Of a stretch of DNA of 32,879 nt, positions 1 to 8,013 are shown piece after piece. The stretch is from assembly GCA_031459535.1 (NCBI GenBank), contig JAVKIJ010000034.1, positions 1 through 32,879 of the forward strand, given 5' to 3'. The stretch comes from Candidatus Fervidifonticultor quintus. GTDB taxonomy: Bacteria > Sysuimicrobiota > Sysuimicrobiia > Sysuimicrobiales > Humicultoraceae. The number at the start of each line of letters is the position of its first letter. The first letter of the stretch is position 1. The position numbers and the translations under genes are program-made. The notes under the pieces are model-generated. The model made no database searches. It worked only from the letters and a program-made list of their open reading frames with translations, and had not been told where the DNA came from.

Positions 1-3000
1 CACGTTGTACGGGTAGGCCGGGTTGTACCTGGCCCGCACCATGCAGCGGGCCACGCGGTAGAAGGGATCGTTGGGCTTCCAGCCCAGATACGGACGGTCG
101 GCGGCGTAGGCGTCCACGTAGACGTAGTCACCGTCGTTGATGCCCAAATCCCGCGCGGCCTGTGGGTTGATGTGGAGCTGGTGCTCCCCCACGCCGGGAG
201 CCCGCTTGTCCAGCCGGTAGGGATCCGCGAAGTTGGAGTCCCAGATCAGGTTCCAGTCGGTGCTGCTCCACGAGGAGTGCACGCGGTGGCGCGTCTTGGG
301 CGTCAGGCAGTAGAACTGGTAGCCACGCTGCCACAGCGGGTTCTTCGTGGCCTTCACCTGCGCCCAGGGCAGCTTGACGTTGCGCACCGTGCGCTGGTCC
401 CAGTGCAGGGCATCCAGAGGGATCCCGTAGTCCTCGGGCCGGATCAACGGGTTGCTGCTCACGATCACGTTGGGTAGATATGGGGTCGCCTCTGGGCCTT
501 CCCGGTGGACGACGAAGTTCTCGCCGTACTCGATGGCCTCGGGGATGTCGCAGTAGGCGTTGAGCCGGCCGGTATCGGTGTAGAACGGCTCGCTGTCGTG
601 GATCTGTTCGTAGAACGGCACCCGGGGGTAGGTGCGGAACAACATCAGCGCCGCTCCGGGCTCACCGTACCGCCCTCCAACGATGTCCTCGAAGCGGTAC
701 CCCACGGTCGAGGTTGAACTGTCCAGGATGCGCTGGATGTACACCTCGGGCCGCCCGTCCAGGATGAACCGGTAGTAGTCGCGAAACCGGCGGTCGCCGG
801 TCTTCACCGAGAGCTTGGCCGCCACCTCGGCAATGATGCGGGCGTCGTCCCTGGTGTCGAAGAGCGGCTTGATCCCGCCCTTCCAGATCTGGAGGAAGGG
901 GTTGCTGCACGAGGCCGTCAGTTCCCAGTCTTCGAACTCCACCCACGTGTTGGCCGGAAGGATGACGTCGGAGTATTCGGCCGTGGCGGTCATCTCCACG
1001 TCCTGGTTGATGATCAGCTCGACCTTCGGCCCCACGTTCTTGATGACCCCATACGCCCATTTGGCGTTGTTGATGATGTTGACGTTGTTGAACCACATGA
1101 CCTTGGTCGGGGTCGGCATGTGGGTCTGCCCGGTGAACACCTTGCGGCCCCGCTTGGGCGTCTGGACGATGAGCGGAACGTCGCCATGATCCCAGTAGGC
1201 CGGCTCCTCGTCTTTCAGGTACTTCCTGACCTTCACGTCCTTGCCGGGCGTCCGGGGGTCGGGGGCCGGGGCAAAGGGGTCCTCAAAGAGCCACCCGGTG
1301 ATGCCTGGCCCGGTCCAGGGGGAACCCTGGAAGATACCTGCTTTGTAGTTGCCGGCCCAGGTGTGGCAGCCGGCGCCGGGCTTGCCGATGTTCCCGGTGA
1401 GCATCAGCGGCAGGTAGAAAGCCCGGTTCGCCAGCGTAGCATGGAACCAGTGATTGATCCCCTCGCCGATGTGGATGGCCACCGGCGTGATGGTGGCCAT
1501 ATCGCGGGCCAGGCGTCTGATCATCGCCTTGGGCACGTGGGTGATCGCCGCCACCGTGTCCAGGTCGTAGTCGCGCAGGTGGTCGCGGTAGGCCTCCCAC
1601 AACGTCAGGCATGGCACCTCGGTGCCATCCACGAGCCGCACGGTTCCCCGCCAGACCAGCGCCGGGTCGATGCCCCTGGCGGTCATCCGTCGGCCCACAT
1701 CGTCCCGGGTGACGGCCCGCAGCGCCCCAGTGGTCTTGTCGAAAACCACGAAGTCGCCCAGCCTGGCGTACTGGTCGGGCTTCAGGTTCTGGCGCGCGAA
1801 GCTCGGCCCGTCAGGTGCAAGGCCCGGCTTGTAGTTGGGGAACACCTCGGCCGCCCGCAGGCGCTTCAGCGTATCGGTCCGCACGATCAGCGGGAAGTCG
1901 GTGAACTGCCGCACGAACGCCGCGTCGTACCAGCCGCGTTCCATCATCAGACGGGTGATGCCCAGGAAGAGCGCGGCATCGGTCTGCGGCCGAATCGGCA
2001 TCCAGTAGTCGGCCTTGACGGCGGGGGGGCTGTATTCGGGCGTGATGACCACGATCTTGGCGCCCCGCTCCATCAACTCGTTGAAGAAGTGGCTCTCGGG
2101 CATCTTGTTCTCAATGAGGTTCTTGCCGACCTGGATGTGTAGCTTGGCATGCCGCAGTTCGTTGAAGTCCACGTCGGACGCCTGCAGGCCGTGGACGAAG
2201 GGCATACCCGGCGCCTGGTCACCGTGCCAGGTGTAGTTACTCCACTTGCGGGCGCCTAGCGCCTCCTCTGGCCCCACCCCGCGCACGTGGGCGTCCAGCA
2301 GCGCCATCATGTTGGCGGCGCGCCAGAGGCCGTACTTGCCGATGACACCCAACAGACCCATGCCGCCGCGGAACTTGAACGTGCGCACGCCAGCGCCGTG
2401 CACGGCGTCCACCATCTCGGGCGGATAGCCCTGGTCGAGCAGGCGGCGCGCGCCGTCGGGGCCGCTGTACCGCCGAGCGATAGCGATGAAGGCCGAGGCG
2501 ATGTACGAGTAGACCTCGTCCCAGGGGACCCGCACGAACGTGTCCTGGCCGCGGCTGTCGAACCGGTACTTCGTCCGCAACTCATCGGTCAGCTCGGGGT
2601 AGCCGTCGTCCGCCCACTGCTTCCATCCCCGACGGATCATGGGGTACTTCAGGCGGTACGGCCCGTAGACCCGGCGATGAAAGGTGTAGCCCTTGAGGCA
2701 CCCGCGCGGGTTCCAGGCCGGCGTCGCCCGGTTGCCGTACAGATCACCGTAGCGGGGCACGTCGTAGTTCTGCTCGATGCGCATGATCACGCCGTTGCGC
2801 ACAAACGCCCGCATCCGACAGTGGTGCGTGTCGTTGGGCGAGCACACGAACGTGAAGCTGCTGTCGTACCGGTACTGGTCCCGGTAGACCTTCTCCCATG
2901 CCCGATCGGGATAGGCCTCCAGCGGGTTCTCCACGACGGACAGCGGCCTGAGCAGGTTGAGCGGGAGGGTCTGGGAGAGCAGGGCGCCGCCGAAGAGGGC

Positions 3001-3108
3001 ACCAGAGAGTTCCAGGAACTCGCGGCGGCGGAGCGTCCGAGGGGCGCTCGGCCCGGCTGCGTTCGAGTCAGGCGCAGGCGATGCCGCTGCGCCGTCGCGC
3101 TCGTTCAT
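1..3108 (-). CDS. nxrA: Periplasmic (Tat-exported) nitrite oxidoreductase/nitrate reductase alpha subunit, anammox/Nitrospira NXR clade; 3' end truncated by window edge
   Basis: Hand-translated; not in the ORF track. ATG at 3108 with GGGAGGT RBS at 3114-3120, and the frame stays open to base 1 (1036 codons). Twin-arginine motif TLRRREFLE (RRR at 3022-3030). NPLEAYPDRAWEKVYRDQYRYD. FS0 motif CSPNDTHHC (2818-2844) plus NPRGCLKG (Cys 2698-2700). Mo-ligand Asp in SNYTWHGDQAPG (Asp 2218-2220). Also GKNLIENKMPE, GENFVVHREGPEATPYLPN and RYNPAYPYNV at the edge. Confidence 0.95.
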   Translation of the reverse strand, partial: MNERDGAAASPAPDSNAAGPSAPRTLRRREFLELSGALFGGALLSQTLPLNLLRPLSVVENPLEAYPDRAWEKVYRDQYRYDSSFTFVCSPNDTHHCRMRAFVRNGVIMRIEQNYDVPRYGDLYGNRATPAWNPRGCLKGYTFHRRVYGPYRLKYPMIRRGWKQWADDGYPELTDELRTKYRFDSRGQDTFVRVPWDEVYSYIASAFIAIARRYSGPDGARRLLDQGYPPEMVDAVHGAGVRTFKFRGGMGLLGVIGKYGLWRAANMMALLDAHVRGVGPEEALGARKWSNYTWHGDQAPGMPFVHGLQASDVDFNELRHAKLHIQVGKNLIENKMPESHFFNELMERGAKIVVITPEYSPPAVKADYWMPIRPQTDAALFLGITRLMMERGWYDAAFVRQFTDFPLIVRTDTLKRLRAAEVFPNYKPGLAPDGPSFARQNLKPDQYARLGDFVVFDKTTGALRAVTRDDVGRRMTARGIDPALVWRGTVRLVDGTEVPCLTLWEAYRDHLRDYDLDTVAAITHVPKAMIRRLARDMATITPVAIHIGEGINHWFHATLANRAFYLPLMLTGNIGKPGAGCHTWAGNYKAGIFQGSPWTGPGITGWLFEDPFAPAPDPRTPGKDVKVRKYLKDEEPAYWDHGDVPLIVQTPKRGRKVFTGQTHMPTPTKVMWFNNVNIINNAKWAYGVIKNVGPKVELIINQDVEMTATAEYSDVILPANTWVEFEDWELTASCSNPFLQIWKGGIKPLFDTRDDARIIAEVAAKLSVKTGDRRFRDYYRFILDGRPEVYIQRILDSSTSTVGYRFEDIVGGRYGEPGAALMLFRTYPRVPFYEQIHDSEPFYTDTGRLNAYCDIPEAIEYGENFVVHREGPEATPYLPNVIVSSNPLIRPEDYGIPLDALHWDQRTVRNVKLPWAQVKATKNPLWQRGYQFYCLTPKTRHRVHSSWSSTDWNLIWDSNFADPYRLDKRAPGVGEHQLHINPQAARDLGINDGDYVYVDAYAADRPYLGWKPNDPFYRVARCMVRARYNPAYPYNV

Positions 3109-3162
3109 GGGTGACCTCCCAAACCACGCCAGAGCCCGAGGCCGTGCCGCCTCAGCCGAAAT

Positions 3163-3180
3163 TCGGACTTTGTCGTCCGA
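3163..3180. promoter_or_regulatory. Inverted repeat TCGGAC-N6-GTCCGA upstream of nxrA; candidate regulator site
   Basis: Perfect 6-bp arms with a 6-nt spacer, about 55 bp upstream of the nxrA ATG, in the divergent intergenic region. Confidence 0.35.
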
Positions 3181-3382
3181 TTAGTCTGAGAGATTACCCG
3201 CACCATACAGGGCAACTACCCCAACCGACAATCCGGTCTCGACCTGATCTTCCACGACCGGTGCCGGCCCTCCACGCGCCCACCTCATGGAGAGGGGGAC
3301 CCTCGAGCTTGGCGCCGAAATGGATGTCGTCTCGAAGGAGTGTGTTCTGTTCGACGACGTGCAATCCGCAGGACGGTGGGAA

Positions 3383-3859
3383 ATGAGGCGCGCGCCCTGG
3401 TGGAGGGGCGAGCGGGGCGAGTGGTGGGTGATCGGCCAGGGCGTGCTGCTGCTCGCCATGGCCCTGGCGCCCGCAGCGTGGCCCTGCAGCACCGCGCCCC
3501 GAGTCATCTGGCAGACGCTGGGCGGCTCGTTGATTCTGGCCGGCCTTGGCGTGGCCGGACGCGGCGCGGTCGAGCTGGGGCCCAACCTAACGCCCCTGCC
3601 GGAACCGCGCCCCAGGGGGTTCCTGGTGCGAACCGGCCTCTACGCCCACACCCGCCACCCGATCTACGGCGGACTGATCATCGCGGGCGTGGGCTGGGCG
3701 CTGTGGAAGGGCAGCGGCTTGCACCTGGTGCTGGCCGTGGCGTTGGCGCTCTACATGAACGCCAAAGCCCGCTGCGAGGAGGGGCGGCTGCTGGCGCGCT
3801 TCCCGGAGTACGAGGACTACCGCCGCCGCACCAAGCGCCTAATCCCCGGGGTGTTCTAG
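3383..3859 (+). CDS. Isoprenylcysteine carboxyl methyltransferase (ICMT/PEMT)-family membrane protein
   Basis: Hydrophobic helices, LVRTGLYAHTRHPIYGG and EEGRLLARFPEYEDYRRRTKRLIP motifs. ATG 3383 is in frame with track ORF 3287..3859. Confidence 0.85.
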   Translation: MRRAPWWRGERGEWWVIGQGVLLLAMALAPAAWPCSTAPRVIWQTLGGSLILAGLGVAGRGAVELGPNLTPLPEPRPRGFLVRTGLYAHTRHPIYGGLIIAGVGWALWKGSGLHLVLAVALALYMNAKARCEEGRLLARFPEYEDYRRRTKRLIPGVF

Positions 3860-4552
3860 CGCGATCTCGAGTCGGCGGTTCGCCTTGCCCTTGTTCTCGG
3901 TCCGGGTGATCCGCAGGCGGCCGACCTCCCGGGTGTTGGCCACGTGGGTGCCGCCGTCGGCCTGAGCATCGTAGTTTTCGATCTCCACCACACGGATCTG
4001 GGGCAGGTCAGGGACGAGGTTTCTGGCCAGTCGCGTCAGATCCGAGCGCTCGAACTCCTCGCGCGTGACGAACCGGATCAGCACCCGGCGGCGGGAGCTC
4101 AGCACACGATTGGCCTCGTCCTCGATGGCGGCCACGCGCTCCTTGCTGAGATCCTCCAGCGCGAAGTCCATCCTGGCGCGGTCGGGATAGATGGCGCCCC
4201 CGGTCACCAGTGCGCTGAAGAGCTTGTAGACCGCGCCAACCAGCACGTGCAGCGCGGTGTGGTGTCGCATGACGCCGTAGCGGCGCTCCCAGTCCAGGCT
4301 GCCGTGGACCACCTGGCCCACCGGGGGGACCGGGCCATCGAGCACGTGCCAGAGGGTTGCCCCGTCGCGCTTCATCTCAGCGACGCGGCTCTCTGTGCCC
4401 GGCCAGGCCAGCCGGCCGGTATCGAACGGCAGGCCGCCGCCGCCAGGATAGAAGGCCGTGCGGTCGAGGGCGACAGCCTGCCCCTCTGCAGCCACCACCG
4501 TCGCGTCGAACTCGCGAAGGTAGCTGTCGCGCAGATACAGTGGCTCGGTCAC
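3839..4552 (-). CDS. alaX: Free-standing alanyl-tRNA editing protein (AlaX-M type)
   Basis: LYLRDSYLREFDATV, FYPGGGG, HTALH (HxxxH) and ADGGTHV (CxxxH-equivalent). GTG start with a GAGGAGGGG RBS. Confidence 0.9.
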   Translation of the reverse strand: MTEPLYLRDSYLREFDATVVAAEGQAVALDRTAFYPGGGGLPFDTGRLAWPGTESRVAEMKRDGATLWHVLDGPVPPVGQVVHGSLDWERRYGVMRHHTALHVLVGAVYKLFSALVTGGAIYPDRARMDFALEDLSKERVAAIEDEANRVLSSRRRVLIRFVTREEFERSDLTRLARNLVPDLPQIRVVEIENYDAQADGGTHVANTREVGRLRITRTENKGKANRRLEIALEHPGD

Positions 4553-4596
4553 GGCTCCCCCTCCTCGGTGCGTCCCCGTCTTGGACGCCCCCCTCC

Positions 4597-5442
4597 CTAT
4601 GCGCCTGGCGGCCGCAGCCGGGGATCGAGGGCATCCCGCAGCGCGTCACCCACCAGGTTGAATCCCAGCACCGTCAGCATGATGGCCAGACCGGGAAACG
4701 TGGCGATCCACCAGGCCTGCAGCATGAATTCGCGGCCGCCGGCTAGCATCCCGCCCCAGTCGGGCGTCGGCGGCTGCGCGCCCAGCCCGAGGAACGACAG
4801 CCCCGCCGACGATAGGATCGCCGTGCCCACGCCCAGCGTGGCCTGCACGATCACCGGTGCCGCGGCGTTGGGCAGCACGTGGCGGGCGATGATGCGGGGC
4901 ACCCGCACGCCCAGGGCGCGGGCGGCGTCCACGTACTCCTGCGCCCGCACGACCAGCGTGGCCCCCCGCACCACCCGGGCGAAGGCGGGGATGGCGACGA
5001 CGCCCACGGCGATGATGGAGTTGCGCACCCCCGGGCCCAGCGCGCCCACGATCGCCAGCGCCAGCAGGAGGGCCGGGAACGCCAGGAGCACGTCCATGAC
5101 CCGCATGACCAGCACGTCGACGCGGCCGCCGACGAACCCGCTCAACAGCCCCAGCGGCACACCCAACCCGGCTGCGATGGCCACGGCCAGGAATCCGACG
5201 ACCAGCGAGATCCGGCTGCCGTAGATGATCCGCGTGAACACGTCCCGGCCGAACTCGTCGGTGCCGAGCCAGTGCGCGGCGGATGGGCCGCGCAGCGCCT
5301 GCTCCCACACCTGCGCGTTGGGATCATACGGCGCTACCCACGGCGCCAGGGCGGCGGAGGCGGCCATCGCCAGCAGCACCAGCAGGCCCACGGCCGCAGG
5401 CCGGTGCCGCACGAGATGTCGCACCCGCTGGCGGCTAGTCAT
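4597..5442 (-). CDS. Peptide/nickel ABC transporter permease (DppC/OppC-like)
   Basis: HWLGTDEFGRD, EYVDAARALG (EAA loop), LSFLGLGAQPPTPDWG. True start is probably ATG 5442, overlapping the upstream permease stop. Confidence 0.92.
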   Translation of the reverse strand: MTSRQRVRHLVRHRPAAVGLLVLLAMAASAALAPWVAPYDPNAQVWEQALRGPSAAHWLGTDEFGRDVFTRIIYGSRISLVVGFLAVAIAAGLGVPLGLLSGFVGGRVDVLVMRVMDVLLAFPALLLALAIVGALGPGVRNSIIAVGVVAIPAFARVVRGATLVVRAQEYVDAARALGVRVPRIIARHVLPNAAAPVIVQATLGVGTAILSSAGLSFLGLGAQPPTPDWGGMLAGGREFMLQAWWIATFPGLAIMLTVLGFNLVGDALRDALDPRLRPPGA

Positions 5443-6364
5443 ACCGTACCCGCGGGTCCACCACCGCGTAGAGCAGATCGACGCCGAGGTTGATGAGCAC
5501 AAAGGCCGCGGCCGTGAAGAGGATGGTGCCCTGCACCAGGGAGATGTCCCGGCTGTAGATGGCGCTGACCGCCAGCCGCCCCAAGCCGGGCCAGGCAAAG
5601 ACGGTCTCGGTGAGCACGGCGCCGCCCAGCAGACCGCCCAGCTGCAGCCCGACCACGGTGATCACCGGGATCAGCGCGTTGCGCAGCGCATGGCGCACCA
5701 GCACATTCTTCTGGGCCAGGCCCTTTGCCTGCGCCGTGCGGATGAAGTCCTGCCCCAGCACCTCGAGCAGGCTACTACGGGTCATGCGGGCGATGAGTGC
5801 CGAGGACGCCAACCCCAGCGTGACCGACGGCAGCACGAGGTGCTTCCAGCTCCCGAACCCCGAGGCCGGTAGCCATCCCAGCGCCAGGGCGAAGACCAGC
5901 ATCAGCAGCAGGCCCAGCCAGAACACAGGCAGGGACACGCCGAACAGCGCCAGCAGCATGGCCGCGTGATCCAGGGGGCTGCCACGATAGGCCGCGGAGA
6001 GCACGCCGGCGGGCAGGCCAATCGCCAGCGCGACGGCGAGGCTCGCCGCGGTCAGCACCAGGGTGAACGGGGCCCTGGCCAGCACCTCGTCCCACACCGG
6101 GGCGCCAGTGCGCAGTGATCGCCCCAGGTCGCCCCGGACCGCCCGCCAGACGAACCGGCCGTACTGGACCACGAGCGGATCGTCCAGGCCCAGGCTGCGG
6201 CGCAGGCGCGCTACCTCTTCCTGCGAAGCGCCCTGGCCCAGCTCGCCGAGCAGCACCCGGGCCGGGTCACCCGGGGTGAGGTGCAGCGTGATGAACGCCA
6301 CCAGCGTCACGCCCAGCAGCACCGGGGCCAGGAGCGTGAGGCGCTGGACCAGGAAGCGGGCCAT
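5435..6364 (-). CDS. Peptide/nickel ABC transporter permease (DppB/OppB-like)
   Basis: PGDPA, GDLGRS, DFIRTAQAKGL, ETVFAWPGLG, DPRVRYD. Confidence 0.93.
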   Translation of the reverse strand: MARFLVQRLTLLAPVLLGVTLVAFITLHLTPGDPARVLLGELGQGASQEEVARLRRSLGLDDPLVVQYGRFVWRAVRGDLGRSLRTGAPVWDEVLARAPFTLVLTAASLAVALAIGLPAGVLSAAYRGSPLDHAAMLLALFGVSLPVFWLGLLLMLVFALALGWLPASGFGSWKHLVLPSVTLGLASSALIARMTRSSLLEVLGQDFIRTAQAKGLAQKNVLVRHALRNALIPVITVVGLQLGGLLGGAVLTETVFAWPGLGRLAVSAIYSRDISLVQGTILFTAAAFVLINLGVDLLYAVVDPRVRYD

Positions 6365-6396
6365 TCGTCAGCCGGCGGTCATCGACGAACCCAGCG

Positions 6397-7914
6397 TTAG
6401 CGTCGCAGTGTCGCCTTCCGGAGTTCCAGGTTGATCCACGAGAACGGTGACGTGGTGCCCTTCAGCTCGCTGCGCACGGCATAGGTCGACAGCGGGTAGT
6501 ACAGAAAGATCATGGGCGCGTCGCGCACGATCAGCGTCTGCGCCCGGCGGTAGATGCGCTCGCGCTGGTTCTGGTCGGCGGTCGCGCGGCCTTCCTCGAG
6601 CAGCCGGTCCACCTCTGGGTTCTTGTAGCGCGAGTAGTTCGGGTTCGGGATCTGTGAGGAGTGGAAGAGCGAGTACAGGGTATAGTCGGCATCCAGCGTC
6701 ACGGTGCCCCACCGCATGCCGTAGAGGTCGAAGTCCCCGCGCTCCAGTCGCGACAGCCAGGTGCCGAACTCGACCACGTCCACCTCGACCTGGATGCCGA
6801 CGGGTTGCAGGCTGGCCTGGATCGCCTGCGCGATCCGGCGCCACTCGGCACTCTCGAAGACCACCAGACGCGCCCGGCTGCCGGGCCGGACGCCGGCCTC
6901 GGCGAGCAACGCCTTGGCGCGATCCAGATCGTACTCGTACCCCGAAAGATCCGGATTCGCGCCGAAAACCACCGGCGCCAGCGGCCCGTTGGCCGGCAGC
7001 GCCAGGTCCTTGAGGAAGAAGCTGATCAGGCCTGCCACGCGCACCGCGTGGCCCACCGCGCGCCGGGCGCGCACGTCGTTGAACGGCGGCCGCTCCAGGT
7101 GGAAGCCGATGTAGTTGGCGCTGAAGCTGGGTTCCTTGTACACGGTCACCCGCGGGTTGCGCTCCAGCCGCGGCACCGCGTCGGCCGGCATGTTGAAGAC
7201 CACGTCAACGCCGCCCGACTCCAGCTCGACGATCTGGGTCGAAGCCTCGGGGATCGGACGCATGACCACCCGAGCGATCTGCGGCGCGCCACCCCAGTAC
7301 TCATCGTTGCGCACCAGCGTGATCCGGTCGCGGGCTATCCACGACTCGAACTTGAACGGCCCGGTGCCCACCGGGTTGCGGGCGAAGTCCGCGCCAAACC
7401 GCTGCACGGCCGCCGGACTGACAATGGAAGTCGCCGGGTGGGTCAGGTGATTCAAGAGCGCCGCAAACGGAAAGCGGGTGGTGATCTGAACCGTGTCATC
7501 GGCGATCACACGCACGCTCTCCACCATGCTGAGCACGAAGAAGGCGCGCGCCCTGGACTGCGGGTTGACGAATCGCTCCAGGGTGAATCGCACGGCCTCG
7601 GCGCCAAACGGTGTCCCGTCGTGGAACTTCACGCCGCGGCGCAGTTTGAACTCCCATGTGCGATCACCCGCCGGCCTTCAGGACACGGCCAACCGTGGCT
7701 CCAGCCCCCTGGCCGAGCGAACCAGCAACGTCTCGTAGATCTGATTGATCACCAGGAACGACGGACCGTCGTTCGTCCGATGCGGATCCAGCGCCGTGGC
7801 GTCCGCCGGCATGGCGACCACGATGCCTTCGCCAGCCGCCGGCGCCCCCAATCCCACCCCACCGCCAAGCAGCAGCAACAGCATCACAACCAGCACTCGC
7901 CGCAACATCGTCAC
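6397..7914 (-). pseudogene. Family-5 ABC solute-binding protein interrupted by one in-frame TGA (7678-7680)
   Basis: Track ORFs 7678..7914 and 6397..7632 are in the same frame: signal peptide-LDPH...IYETLL...LAVS-[TGA]-RPAGDRTWEFKLRRGVKFHDGTPF. The stop occupies the conserved Trp of the SBP_bac_5 LAxSW motif. Confidence 0.85.
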
Positions 7915-8013
7915 ACCTCTCTCGCCGATGGTAGGAGCCTCGCGCAGTACGGCTCGTCTTCCTCACCTTAGGATATGCGACTCCACACGTCTACCGCCCC
8001 GCCGCGGGCGCCG

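Noticed and set aside
128-3184. Many track ORFs over 1-3.1 kb (e.g. 1120..2142 +, 2287..3114 +)
   Set aside because: They are antisense or off-frame shadows of nxrA, with no motifs of their own.
7678-7720. Selenocysteine or genetic-code-4 reading of the SBP TGA
   Set aside because: The position is a Trp, not a Cys, in homologues, and TGA is a normal stop elsewhere in the window (tctC, tctB, xpt).
3944-7971. Long plus-strand ORFs 3944..5224 and 6661..7971
   Set aside because: Antisense to well-supported alaX, permease and SBP genes; typical high-GC artefacts.
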